Shown here: in pieces, positions 38,895 to 54,897 of the stretch
Layout: every line of letters begins with the position of its first letter
How positions within the stretch are numbered: position 1 is the stretch's first letter
Assembly (NCBI GenBank): GCA_964016885.1
Contig: OZ024746.1
Coordinates: forward strand, 45,880,001-45,944,000
Length of the DNA: 64,000 bases
Source of the DNA: Eledone cirrhosa
Taxonomy: Eukaryota
Reading direction: 5' to 3'
Notes under the pieces: model-generated
What the model was told of the DNA's origin: nothing
Seen by the model: the letters and a program-made list of their open reading frames with translations, nothing else
The model's database searches: none
Translations under genes and position numbers: made by a program

Positions 38895-39063
38895 GTTTAT
38901 ATGTATTTATATATTCATATACATATGCTTGGTGCTGTTGTCATGATTTTATATATCTCTATACCCACTCTGCATATCCCCATGCCTTGAGTACTCCCAT
39001 GATTAGTGGTCTGCCCCATCTCAACAGTTCAGGCTTTCTCTTTCTCTCACACTCTCTCTCTAA

Positions 39064-39094
<31 letters not shown>

Positions 39095-39100
<6 letters not shown>

Positions 39101-39367
39101 TAGTATATTTGGCAATATATTGTATGTTTAATTAAAAACATTTTGAAGACCATTCGCTATGAGTTTTAAATCGTGACTATGTCACTTATTTATTCTTGGC
39201 AAAAACAAAGGAGAGTGATCGACAGTCTGTTTCCCGCTTGGATCACTCTCCTTTGTTTTTGCCGAGAATAAGTAAGTGACATAGTCAACACTTTAAAACT
39301 CATAGCGGATGGTCTTCAAAATGTTTTTAATTAAACATACTGTATATTGCCAAATATACTATACATA
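39095..39367. repeat. Long palindrome (~126-bp arms, 20-bp loop) between (TA)n tracts
   Basis: 39095-39220 is the reverse complement of 39241-39367 with a few mismatches. Confidence 0.93.
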
Positions 39368-39403
39368 CATTCATGTATACATCGCTATTTCAGAGCACCA
39401 ATA

Positions 39404-39481
<78 letters not shown>

Positions 39482-39683
39482 TATATATATATAAAATCCC
39501 CAGCCAAATTTACAGTCCTCATCAGAGCAAGGTATGTCATGGCCAATTCTGGCAAGACCTTTCTCTCAATGTGGACGACCTATCTAACCCATGCAAGCAT
39601 GGAAAAATAGACGCTAAATGGGGATGATGATGATGATGGTGATGATGGTAATACATACATGCTTATATATATATAGAGAGAGA

Positions 39684-39878
39684 GAACATCTTATACAAAA
39701 TCACTGAAGCGTAGATTACTGTAGAAGGGTCTTTCCCTGGAGATAAAAAAGTTATCTTTACTGCCGTTTCAAAGACTAAAAGAATAAGTGGTAGCCCTTC
39801 AATAGATTGACATGGCCATCGTTGGGGAAAGATTCTTCTACAGTAATCTACCCCTTAGTGATTTTGTATAAGATGTTC
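39684..39878. repeat. Inverted repeat (~54-bp arms)
   Basis: GAACATCTTATACAAAATCACT..TAGATTACTGTAGAAG..TCTTTCCC pairs with GGGAAAGA..CTTCTACAGTAATCTA..AGTGATTTTGTATAAGATGTTC. Confidence 0.88.
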
Positions 39879-40127
39879 GATATCTATTTGCTTCTCTGAA
39901 TGAGATTTTTTTTTAGCAATTCCCTTTTCATTGAGATGTTATGTATATTCTGACAAATTTACATATGTATGTGTGTGTATATATATATATTTACATTTGT
40001 TGGTTCACCACTGGATAGAACTGGTCATTCCGTATGGTCAACCTCGATGTAGTATTATGGAGAGCACTCAACATAATGTAATTCACCCATCTTCGTTTGT
40101 GTAGTTGGTGGTGCGAGTACGGAGTTA

Positions 40128-40392
40128 ATTATTATAAAATAACAGGAGGCTGGACTGGTGTAAATCCTTGAAAGGTTGAGGGCGGAAGACAGAGGTAGAA
40201 GCTGCTAAATGGTTGGTCGTCCTCTTGTCTCTGATTTTCAGCCCTATGGATTTTATCTGTTATATTCCTTTGTTATATTTTGAATACCTGATGATGTCAC
40301 CGGATTCATACTGAGCCCGGTCATTGAAATGATCATGGTATAATAAACCTTTCAAGGATTTACACCAGTCCAGCCTCCTGTTATTTAATAAT
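40128..40392 (+). mobile_element. Penelope-like pseudo-LTR relic: inverted repeat enclosing a CpG-decayed hammerhead-like motif (40284-40341)
   Basis: Arms at 40128-40177 and 40346-40392. Motif is ATAC-CTGATGA-TG..ACCGG...CCGGTCA..GAAA-TGATCA-TG-GTAT, followed by AATAAA. Confidence 0.6.
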
Positions 40393-40424
40393 ATATATAT
40401 ATATCCATATATATACATACATAT

Positions 40425-40572
40425 ATGGTGGCTGCCAACTCGTTTTTGAGTACGGCCACTACTTTATATCCATGTAGGAGAACCCCTACCGATACACTGA
40501 ATGAGTGTGACTTTTTAGTCCAGCCAGCAACTTGAAAACTCTGGTACAAACACTACACTTGTGACAATTATT
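40425..40572 (-). mobile_element. 3' end of a LINE with a C-terminal C2H2-like finger (RTE-type)
   Basis: HKCSVCTRVFKLLAGLKSHTHS..R* followed by a short 3' UTR; inside TA-rich repeats. Confidence 0.6.
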
Positions 40573-42121
40573 GACATATATACATACATATATACATATA
40601 TACATATATACATACATACATATATACATACATATATACATACATACATATATGCATACATACATAAAATTTGAAAACATTTTTGCGATTCAAGGGATGA
40701 CAATTTCTTTTCTTTTACAACCTTGCCACCAGGAAGGTGGCCGGTCAAAAAAATATACTCGAAATTAAGAGAAAGAGATATACATACATATATACATACA
40801 TACATATATATATATATATATGTATATATGAAAATATTAAGAAAAACATGTTTATCACAACTTCCTGTGATTTGTTTAGCATATGTGCAAAAGTTGGTCA
40901 TTGTTTCTGCCCAAAGATGTACAACAATCAGTCATAAAGAAACTATAAACACACTTTTGAAATAATGAGTTATGGTGTAACTTATGCAAAAATGAACCTT
41001 AGATTAATCCATGTAACCACACCAAATGCATTCTGTGCATGCTATAAGTGCTGCTTCTCATCACATGATAAAATGCATCCAGCCCAATTTGCAAATTGGT
41101 AGTGCTGATGCTATAATGAAATAGATTTATGACACAATGTAAAGTGATTGGTTTTAGGAAGGACATCTAGCTGTAGAAATCCTGTCAACGTAGAATGTAT
41201 GAGAATATATAACATGTATGTGGTTTTCTAATCTCTCTAGTCTCAGAGCATGACAAACCATGCAAGCCATGACATTGTGGGACATGGATATAAAACTGTG
41301 ATGATGATGTTGCTGATGATGATATTGTTGATGACGATGTTGTTGATGATGATGTTGATTCTAAATGGTATTCTTTGAATTCAGAAAATTAGATATACAG
41401 ATGGATAATTCACAGAGTAAATTAAATGAGAGAGAGATTGAGAAAGAGAAAGATTATGAAAACAACAAATCCATCTGAGGCATACAAAAACACAATAGAA
41501 AGAAAGAGAGATTGTAGAAAAGAGTAACAGAAAAAGAGTGAAAATGGGACAGATTGACAGGTGGCCAGACACAAATGTAAAAGACACAAAAACAACTGCA
41601 TATACAATTTTGCTTGACATGCTGGAAATAGGAGTCATATCATACTTCCTTTAAAAGGGAAGGATGCATTTACATTTTGATTTCTTAACTTTAAATACGT
41701 TATTTCATTTCTTCAGTTACTCCGCTTAACACAAAAGTGAGATGGTTATGGTTGGAGAGCGCTAATTTACAACTGCACATCAAAAATTATAGTCTAATGT
41801 AAATACATACACACATATTTATATATATACAATAAAGTATGTCCATAGAATCATTTGATAAGATATATACACCATCTCCTCTCCCAATCAACATAATCAA
41901 CCACACAAAAAACCAATTAAACCAGGCTATAAGATTAAAAGGCACCTATGAAGAAATAATAGATAAATAAATGACAGCCATCTATTCGCGATCAACAGCT
42001 ATAGAATATTTACCCAGCATTTCAATAGCACGTGGAAATCGATTAAATATATCGTCAACCATACACAATTAGGTATAAAATTAAAGTTAGAAGGAAAAAA
42101 TGTATATAAACATACCAAGAT

Positions 42122-42155
<34 letters not shown>

Positions 42156-42361
42156 AATGATTTTGATAGGACTAGAACTGTTTCATTTGTATGAAATCAT
42201 CAGGATTGCATACGAATGAAACAGTTTTTGTCTTGTAGAAGTATTTCTATATATGATAAAGATGCCTATACTCTACCAATGTATTGAGTACCTTCTTTAA
42301 ATTTTCTTACCCCCAACACAACTTGGGTATCTATCTATCTATACATATATATATAAGAAAG

Positions 42362-42459
42362 TAGTCAGTACCCCGACGGCAGAGCTCAAGCGGTTTCGAC
42401 AGCTATTTCTGGAAATATATTTCGAAACGGCTTGAGCCCTGCCGTCGGGGTTCTGACTA
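42362..42459. repeat. GC-rich hairpin whose right arm is the 3' half of a hammerhead-like motif
   Basis: Arms at 42362-42399 and 42422-42459. The right side reads GAAAT-AT-ATTTC-GAAA-CGGC-loop-GCCG-TC-GGGG. Confidence 0.8.
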
Positions 42460-42519
42460 TTTTTCTATTACCCACTCTACTACACAAAGTATTGAGTACT
42501 CTGGTGCGTTATGGTCCAC

Positions 42520-42585
42520 CTGGTTCCTTACCACACTTCCATCATTATATATATATATAACGATGGAAGTGTGGTAAGGAACCAG
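42520..42585. repeat. Hairpin centred on a (TA)n tract
   Basis: CTGGTTCCTTACCACACTTCCATC..(TA)n..GATGGAAGTGTGGTAAGGAACCAG. Confidence 0.92.
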
Positions 42586-42740
42586 TCCGGGAACTATTAT
42601 AGGCACCCGTTTTACGTGTGTTGTATTGAAGCGAATAACTATGTGTATACTCTGGGAATGTATCTTACATTGCCCACGAAGTACGCTGAGATACAACCGG
42701 TCCTAGCATTGATAAATATGCTGGGTCCGTCAACTGCTTA

Positions 42741-42779
<39 letters not shown>

Positions 42780-42842
42780 GTGGGTTTTTTTTACAAAATG
42801 AAAAATAACCGAGGTGTCCTACACGAGTGAAAGTATAAAAAA

Positions 42843-45336
<2,494 letters not shown>

Positions 45337-45669
45337 TATTGATTTATATATATGCATTTATTTTCCAAGAAGAAAGTAAATACTTTATAAAGTTAGGAAG
45401 AAATGTAAAAATTTCACTCTAGAAATTGAGATACACATTTGACAATGTTAAACAAAATACTTCAAGGAACATCTCAATTCCAAGAACAGGGTTTTTTTAT
45501 TGTGTCTTCATCTTAAAAAGTATTTTATTTCTTTTTGGATTCCCATCTCAAACAGGTAGATCGATGAAGAATAATTGACTTTACTCAAACCTTCCACATA
45601 CACACAGTCTTCTACAAATATAAATTCTGTGCTTTCATACAGACCCCTTATAAATCTTGCAAATCAGTT

Positions 45670-47280
45670 TTACCTTGACAACATTCAACTGTCAGAACCT
45701 ATGTGAGTTTGGTGTAAATTTCCCCCTAACAACCAGTTTCAGTTGATGCTGCATGAACAGACTTTAAACAAAACATTTATACCACCTCTGCAGATATTTT
45801 GGGCTTCATAACAACAGTGTGTGGTTTGATGAAAATAATTCGGAAATACCTAAGCTTCTAGACATCAAACATAAATGACCAAAAATTGCTTGATTTCAAT
45901 TTATCAGAAAAACAAGACTAGAAGACTAAAGAATTGCCAAAGCACCATAAATCAGTATTGCAGAAAGAATTGAGGACCATGGAACACATATATTAAACTG
46001 GCCTTAGGTAAAAATAAATGTTCCAAAATAATAGACAGCTTTTTAAAGCAGATATTTAGTTTTGTCCAACCAACTGATGTTCCTCTATCGATTATCAAGC
46101 ATGGTGCAAATGTGAGGGCTCATCTTAAAACCACGGCGATTGTCAAGGTGTGGAGTGGTTCACAAGTTCCACAAGACTGGAAAGACATAGTACTGATTTC
46201 ACTGGTTAAGGTAAAAGATATCAAATCAAACAATTGTAGCTTTTTAGGCATTTCCTTTGTTGTAAGACTTTCCAGTTTTTATTGAATCACTTGCAGACAT
46301 GCATTTTTTCCAGCATCACTTCAGCGTCAATGTGGATATATAACTAGTAAAAGCACAACAGATATGATTATCTGTGTTAGACAGTTGCAGAGCAGCGTTT
46401 CTCAAACCTTTTACTCTTGTGGAACTCTTGAAATAGTTTTCTGGTCTCCAGGAACCCCTACATAAAAATTATTATATACGATTATTAATATCTAAATGCA
46501 TTAGCTTATTTATCATTGTTTCTCACAGAACCTTAATGACCTCTTGTGGAAACCTAGGGTTCTGGGGAACACCAGATGAGGAACAGTATAGAGTATGGTT
46601 TTCCTTCTTTATTACACTTTTGTTGACCTAATGACCATTTACAACAAGGTGAATAGAAATGAATGAAAAAGTTTGGTTGCTTGATTACATTTATAGATGT
46701 TTGTCTAACTTCACACTGGTATGAAGATGTATTATTCTCCACATGTTTTGTGGTTATGGAATGTGTGTCTCCTATCACTCAGCAGGTAAACTTTCAACTG
46801 AATCATTTCAAACATTAATCAAAGATCTTTGTAGGTCCAGTTGATAATTTGTTGTGTGTTGGTGATTGTTATTTTCTGACCAGCTTGGAACAAAGTATTC
46901 AGAAAATAGACTGATTCTTTAGTGTTCACAATGTTTTCAGACTTACAATAAGCTTAAAGAAAACTGAAGTGATATTTATCCTGCTTCAGGTGACCCATGT
47001 GTAGAACCAAATATACTTGTTCAAGGGACCAGATTTGATGTAATGGGTTCATTTGTATTCCTAGTCAGCTCTGCCTAAGGATATGGATCCTGAGTTTCGG
47101 AGATCAACATAAGAATTAAGAAGGCTTTAATAGTGCATGGGACTTGTAAGAAACAAGTCTTGTCATTCTAGGACTTGACACAGTTCACATTGTTTAGCAT
47201 CTGTGATATTTGTTTCAGCACATCTCCATTAAACACTTCCTGGACACGCCAAAGCCTACCAGAGGTGTTTAAGTTTTATA
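45670..47280 (+). pseudogene. Decayed RTE (BovB-like) LINE ORF, distinct from the 5971 family
   Basis: VPQDWKDIVLISL; FLGISF; STTDMIICVRQLQ; FVDL; LTISLKKTEVIF. Many stops. Confidence 0.8.
46393..46588. mobile_element. hAT (Charlie-like) MITE nested in the LINE relic
   Basis: CAGCGTTTCTCAAAC left end, repeated GGAACCC subterminal motifs, and a decayed right end TGAGGAACAGT. It interrupts the RT frame after RQLQ. Confidence 0.65.
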
Positions 47281-48349
47281 TTAAACATCAGTTGCCAATC
47301 TTTTTCGCCTGATACAGGTGTACTGGAATGTGTTGGGTGTCTCAGTATGGAAACTAGCTCCATACAGTATCATATGCGCTGCATTGATCATGCCTTCAAT
47401 CTTCATGATTTCAGGCTTCCAAATTAGTTCACAACAGAGTGCCCAGCACAAACATAAAACAAAATCACAGCATGTCACAAAAGATAACCTAAAAGAACTC
47501 TAGGTTAGCTCCCCACTCAGCCTTACCTAAATTTGTTTTCTCATAATTTTCTTAATAATGCACATTTTCAAAGATTAATTCAATGAAAATAATTATCCTG
47601 ATCCATACTATCATGAGCATGAAACTGGTCAGCATGATATATATATATACGTATATACATAGAAATGATGATATATTTTTAGAATTCATAAGTTACTGTT
47701 TTGTTCCACAGTTAAGATTGTTGGAAGTGTTGGCTATATACATTTTCAATCATTCTAATAACATAATCAATAAATGTGAAGAGTAGTCAACCAGTATTTT
47801 CTCTTGTACAATAGCATGTAGATCTTGCAAAAGCTTGTTTCTTTCTTGATGTAAAGATAAAAATAGTAGATAACAATTCACAAGTTGAAAGATGTGACAA
47901 GTGTTTAACAAAAAATAGAGTTTTCAAAGATATTTTCTCCTAAGAATGCATCGTCACGACTATCTATGTTAGATTTACACCATTACAAGCAATAAGCACT
48001 TCAGAAAAAAAGATACTGTTTAAAAAATGTATTTTAGTGTTATTTATATACTTTCTATAATCTTTCAGTTTTTAAAATAACTGTAAAATCTTTGTACTTT
48101 TGCCAACTTATTATATAATACTTATTGATTTTACAGTATACCCTTTGATGAAAAATTCAACACATTCAAAAACATGTATAAACCTCAGGTATTTTAATAA
48201 ATAAAGAGATATACTCCTGATTCTTGGTTATTTTGTATGGCATTTTAGAAAAAGAGTGGATAGAAGCTATGCCTAGTGTACACAGTGAACACATAAGAAG
48301 TATAGTAGATCATGGGTAGGCTACGAGCGATGGTCTATTTTCTATGTGA

Positions 48350-48930
48350 CAGGTGCACTGGTAACTTCTTTACCAATGGAGGTGGATGTGTCCAAAGTGG
48401 TGTAGCCTAAGTGAGAATGAAGTGGAAAAATTCTAGGGAGTTGTTACTTCTGCTGACAACAAAAGGTTTCTCTCTCAGAATGAAAAACAAATTGTATGAT
48501 GCTTCTGTTCAAACTGCTATGCTGTTTAATAGTGAGATATCGGTCATGAATGGTGAAGATTTGCAAGGCTGGAAAGAAATGAAGTATATATACTCCACAG
48601 GTAGTATGCTTGACAGAGCTCAAGTTAATTCACATTGCACATGATGTGCAATGTGAATGACAAAGCATAAGTGAACTGAGAGAAATGCTGAGTATAAAAG
48701 GAACTGAATGTAGTGTGCAAGAGCGATGATTGTATTGATATAAACATGGGATGTGTGAGGAGAGCAAAAGTTGCATAAAGAAGTGCCTAGCACTTGAATT
48801 CAATGAAACATGTAAGAGTGGGAGATTAAGGAATATATGTAATAAAGTTATAAAGAATGACTTTAAGAAATTGAACCTCACATAGGAAATGACACTGGAT
48901 CCTGTTGACTGGTGAATCACAATGCTAGAA
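48350..48930 (+). pseudogene. Decayed 3' part of the RTE family of 5971-7067
   Basis: WKNSRELLLLLTTKGFSLRMKNKLYDASVQTAML aligns to the 6530-6650 translation. Confidence 0.82.
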
Positions 48931-51292
48931 AAGAGTCAGCTCCAGTTTAAGTACTATAATGTAAAAAGTAAATGTGGTGAGAGATTAGTAATGACATGGA
49001 GTGAAGAGGTTCTTTTTCGTCTGCAGTGAATCAGACAACCTCACTAAAGTTGGTAAATCAACAGAGACAATGTAGAATATTAAAAACTTTTCAGTCTTGC
49101 TTAAGCACATGACAATCTCTTCAGAGCTAGGGCCATGATAAAATGCAGCCTCAATATTCTGTAACGTGGTAGTGGTGGTACCTTGATAAAATACATCGAG
49201 TGTTGGGAATTAAGAAAGGCACTCAGCAGTAAAAGAACACGTCAACATATGGAATCTATGAGCAAAATGTGGTGATCCGACCCATCTTGTTTCAGAACTG
49301 TCCAACACATGCCAAATGGATATAAAAGGATGATGGGGATGGGGATGAGTATTGGAATCACACAATGACGATGTTGCCTTTATTTTGTTTTGTTTTTCCA
49401 ATCAACAGATCATCATCATCATCATCATCAGGTGATCATGTCTTGCTCATCCATGTCTTATTTAGAATGGTTTCTTCAACTAAATGCTCTTCTTAACTCC
49501 ATCCATTTTACAGGGTGCACTGGGTGCATGTTTTTGTGGTACCAGCATTACCATTTTCCAGAGGGGATTAGGTGTGTTTTATTGCATTACCAGCACTGGA
49601 GAGGTTGTCACATGATCGGTCAAAGATTATGCTAAATAACACTAAAGACTTACATTTATATTCTCTCTCAATAAACTATCATTTTATTTTAAATCTGCTT
49701 ATTAACCTAATACAACATTTAGTTGAGTTTTTCTGTCAATGTTTTATATAAATAAAAGCACAGTGTTTGTTGCTGGACAATTGCTCATGAGTTCAACGTT
49801 TCAAACATATATGTTGTGTCTTTTGACAAGATTGTTATATTTTTCTGTTTGGCATAAAAAGGGTTGTCAGTCCTATCTAAGGAGGTTGTATTAAGAATGA
49901 TAATCATCAGTAAAAATATTTGATCTCACAACATATAAATATTGAAATTTCAAATCTCTATCCTTCCAATTCTATCATGATAAAATGGATGTTACGAAAG
50001 CAGCATTTCTTACCATGTAATTCTAATACTGAAAGTAATTTATTGAAATAACCTTCAAAAAGTGGCTATTAGACATTGTAATGTTCTTGATATCTAGATA
50101 TACTTTATTTCCTTTATTTAATTCAATATATAGTATTGAGTTCTGCAGTTGTGAATATGTCAATTTATAACAAGTTTATAAGCACTTTAGTTGTTTTATA
50201 CTTATGTGTTACAGAAAACAACTGATATATTATATGCAGTGCATTATAATAAGGGAAAATTGAATATCTTCACATGAAATGAATATCGTGAGTCCTAATG
50301 ATCTGATATTGTATGTATAAGGAGCAGAGAAGATGTAAATTTACATGGGAATATCATTGGTTGCCTGACTTGAAAGAAACACATTTACCACTGAAATATT
50401 AAACTGCAATGCATTATATATTAAATGGATACTGTTATATTATCCATGTCACCTTGTGTGCTACTTATAAAAGCTGTCATCACCAATACTTTGGAGAATC
50501 AGCATTTTGTGTCTTACTAATTTAGACTGATTAATCACTCAGTTTTATGTAGATGCTGTATTGGTTTTTGTATGTTAACCTATAGGGAACTGTTATAGCC
50601 TCGCTGAGGTGTTAAGGCATGTAAAACAAGTATTTGAAATAAATTAAAAACTGATAATTTACTTACATTGAATGAATTTATTGAATTGCTATGTGATAAC
50701 TTCAAAGAGAATGTAATACACATCAAGCATACCCTGAAAATACATCTTTGACATATGAATATGTATACTATACAGGATCTGAAATTAATATACCACAATA
50801 TCACAGATAACTAAACGTATATTAGGAAGGTCGATATCAAAGATTTCATGAAGGGGATTGGAAAAGTTGCAATATTAGAGTAAAGTGGTTTAGTTAATAA
50901 GAGAAGTAATACAAATAAAAAAGAACTCATGATATGTAACGAAGGTATTGCTATATTAACATACTATTAGAATTTAATGTCCAATTTTATCATCATTTGT
51001 TCCTAGGAAGTTTTTGTTCCGGTGTATGCATAGGTATAATGTAGTGGTGGCAATCATAAACACAGACTCACACAAACATACAAGCATATATAAATGTCAC
51101 ATCCTGGTGGTAATTGTTTGTGTAATTGAAATTCACACAAGTTGGATATCACCAACAAATATATATATATGATGATGAAAGACTAGTGTCTGAAATGTTT
51201 AGACACTTTTCCTGTTATGTCAAGCGTTAAACTAATATATTTCTTCAATGTACTGTCTCTTTTGCGTTGTTATTTCTGTTTACCTTCTATAC

Positions 51293-51345
<53 letters not shown>

Positions 51346-51445
51346 CACATATATATATATATTTCTATATATATATTCATTATTAATACAGATTAAAAGT
51401 TAGAGCAAACAATTTCTGCTCTCACCCTAAGTGGGATCAACTGAA

Positions 51446-51542
<97 letters not shown>

Positions 51543-54101
51543 AATATATATATATATAAACATACACACACACACGCATATATATATATAAATATTTGTG
51601 ACGTCAGCTGGTGGGTAAATGATTGCAACCATTCTGTTAATTGTCATATGATATGACAGTAAGAACAATATTGCAGTTAAATCCAGTAATATATTTATAT
51701 ATGCAGCGAAATTTGATCTTAAAATCTTTCAGGTTGTTTTATCATAGTGATCTGTGCTGTTGTTCAATATGCAGCATATGCTTCCTGTAGATGATACTTT
51801 CAGATTTCATCTGTCAAATTTCACATATATAAAAATCCATCATTTTTAGTTTAAGTTTATCATAAACATTTTAACCCTTACATTATATAAAATACTGTAA
51901 GAAGCAGCTAAAAGGGTTGGTGTTGGGAAGGGAATCCAGCTGTAAAATATTGCCTAAAACATCCTATTAAACTCATGCCAGCTTGAAAAAGTCATAGTAA
52001 AAAGGATGATGATGATGATGATGATATGTATATATAGTAAAGGGTTAAGCGAACAAGGATGTGCGGAACACGTAACGGACCGTTGGTAGTGAAGTAGATA
52101 AACGAATACACTCAATGACCTGTATACACACACACACACACATATATATATATATGCATATATACATATATATCTCTATATATATAGCATAAATATACAT
52201 GCATGTATGTATATTTGTGTATATAGATACATATTTGTAAAGTTGTAGTGCTGGTACCATGATAAAATACAACCATCTCACCATATGACGATAAAATATA
52301 AGACATACATGCTTTGAAATGGTTGGCAAAAGGAAGGTCATCCATCCAAAGAAATCATGCCAAAATGAAATATATGAGCAAGTCAGAGTTATTTGACCTG
52401 TCTGGTCTCAGAATGTGACAGCCTGTCTAAAATATCTCAGTCTGGAATGCAGATTTAAAAAGTGATGAAGTTGATGATGATGGTGATAGGTACTGGCATG
52501 GCTCTGTGGTTAACGAGTTTGTTTCATAACTAATTGATTTGGGATTCAATCTCCTTATATAGCAACTCATCTAAGGCCATGTGTGCAAACCTTGTTAGAA
52601 AGAAACTGCAGAAACAATGCTTGTCATATTTCATGTATAAAAAAACGTGTCATTTATGTTTAAGTTTATCATTTAAGTTTAACTGTATATTATATATATA
52701 TACAGACATATATGATATGATATACACACACATATGTATATGAATATTAATGTATGCACATGATTGTGTAAGAAAGTGTCCTTGTCTGTGTTTATATTTA
52801 CATCTTACAATGTAGTGGTTTGAGAAAGCAAGATTGACAAACTAAGCATTAGACTCATAACATTTACACTGAGAATAATTAGCAGAATTGTTCCAGCCCC
52901 ACCATCATATGTTTGGTTGGGATGTAAGGCTGCTGTACACTACTATTAGCAGGAGTCATAATGCTACATGATAACTTCCTTTGTTCAGCTGTCTCTTATA
53001 TTACCTATGCACATGAAGTTCGTAACTAATATCACATATATACACTGATGATCTACCAAGCAGTTGACAACTGTATGGTTGTGAAATATGAACTCATTGT
53101 CTACAAGATTTAAAAAACTCAATTCTTTCCATCAACAAAAACTTCACTCCTTTCCCATTGATAGAGAAAATAGTCAAAGCATTGAATCAACCACCATTGT
53201 CTGTGATGGTCAGGACAGGCTACCAAGATTAATAAAAACTGACATCTTTGTTAAATATTATTCACTTGGAAGAGAGCACAGACACATCCACTCTGCTGCT
53301 CTAAAGGCCAAATAAAGTCAACTTTCAAGTTAACATAAAAAAAAGAACGAAATTCATTTAAAACCAATTATAAAACAATGCACCCAATGGTTTCAATCCA
53401 TTATTAAAGAAGCTTCTATTTTTGACCCCCCCCCCCCCAAAAAAAAAGAGGAGAAATTAATATAGTAACCATGAAAGATTTGATTTATTCAAACATCAAA
53501 TTATCTACTCTTTCTTGCCATCTGGGACACCACATATTCTATGCAATAGTTTGCTTCCCCAATGATCAACATCATCATCATTGAAAAGCAAGTAAAGGGA
53601 AGAGAATTGAAAACATGCATAAAAGAAACAGCCAACAAAGACAATATATATATATATATAAATATATATGTGTGTATGTGTGCGTGCGCGTGTGCATGTG
53701 TGTGTGTTTAATTACTGGGGTTATGTTGTGTTAATCAATCATGGATTAGTTTTGCAATCGTGAATATCAATCAATAAACAGTTGTGTAAGTAGGATTATG
53801 TTCTCAATGCCAGTGTACCTTTTTCTTAGATATGGGATCAGGCAGGTCTATTCATAATGAAATATTGATATAATAATTAAGTACAAGTCAATAAGGTTAT
53901 ACTTTATAGCATTTTATTTATTATGGTTTCATGGTATCTGTTATATAATTTTAAACTTTCTGATAGGATTTAATCAGAGAGGTCTCATTTGATGAAATCG
54001 TATTTGAAAGTTTAGAATTACATCACAGATACTATAGAACTATGTATAACAGCTATTGCATAATAAATAAAATATTGTACAGTACACCCTTATTGTTTTA
54101 T

Positions 54102-54150
<49 letters not shown>

Positions 54151-54153
<3 letters not shown>

Positions 54154-54836
54154 TTGCAAGGTTTTTGATATGAAATCGTGTGTCGAAACAAATAATATTG
54201 TTATACTTGGGGAGGGTCTTATTGTTGTAATATTGCCAGAAATAATAACAGAACACGCTCACTGTTTGGTTGGTTTTCGCTTCTGTATCTTTTATATCTC
54301 CATAGTTAATTTATTTGGCAATCAATTTTTATCATTGATTGACACACTATTGAACAAAGATAGAATACAAAAACAAAAACACATACACTCAAACGCGAAC
54401 ACACACACCAAACATTATACACACATGCAAACACATGCACAGAGACAGAGACAAGAATAAATAAATAAATAAAATAAAAATGGCATAGAAATAACAATAC
54501 AATAGGAGGAAACATAATAGTACCACTGATGATGTTGCAGATATGCAACGAAAGAACTTTGATAGACTATATATATATATTTATTTATATCAGTTATATA
54601 CGGCTCGGAAAAATCTTTTTCCTAGAGCTAATTTACTGTAATGAGACTATTTTGAATTTCTAACTCAATACATGCTTTTGATATATTTATATCTGTATTT
54701 TTAACCGATTTTTAATGATTGCCAAATAAATTAACTATGGAGATATAAAAGATACAGAAGCGAAAACCAACCAAACAGTGAGTGTGTTCTGTTATTATTT
54801 CTGGCAATATTACAATATGACCCTCCCCAATTATAA

Positions 54837-54842
<6 letters not shown>
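54151..54842 (+). mobile_element. Penelope-like pseudo-LTR relic with inverted 5' copy of its 3' part, in (TA)n
   Basis: 54195-54324 is the reverse complement of 54716-54842, with a hammerhead-like motif between them. The terminal motif TGACCCTCCC.AA.TATAACAA is shared with 37164-37230. Confidence 0.65.
54521..54564 (+). ncRNA. Minimal hammerhead ribozyme-like motif
   Basis: TACCA-CTGATGA-T-GTTGCA-GATA-TGCAAC-GAAA-GAAC-TT-TGATA. Stem II is a perfect 6-bp pair; stem I has one mismatch. Confidence 0.7.

Positions 54843-54897
<55 letters not shown>

Noticed and set aside
40486-40572. Host C2H2 zinc-finger exon
   Set aside because: It is a single imperfect finger with no splice acceptor or TGEKP linker, embedded in TA repeats, and fits a LINE C-terminus.
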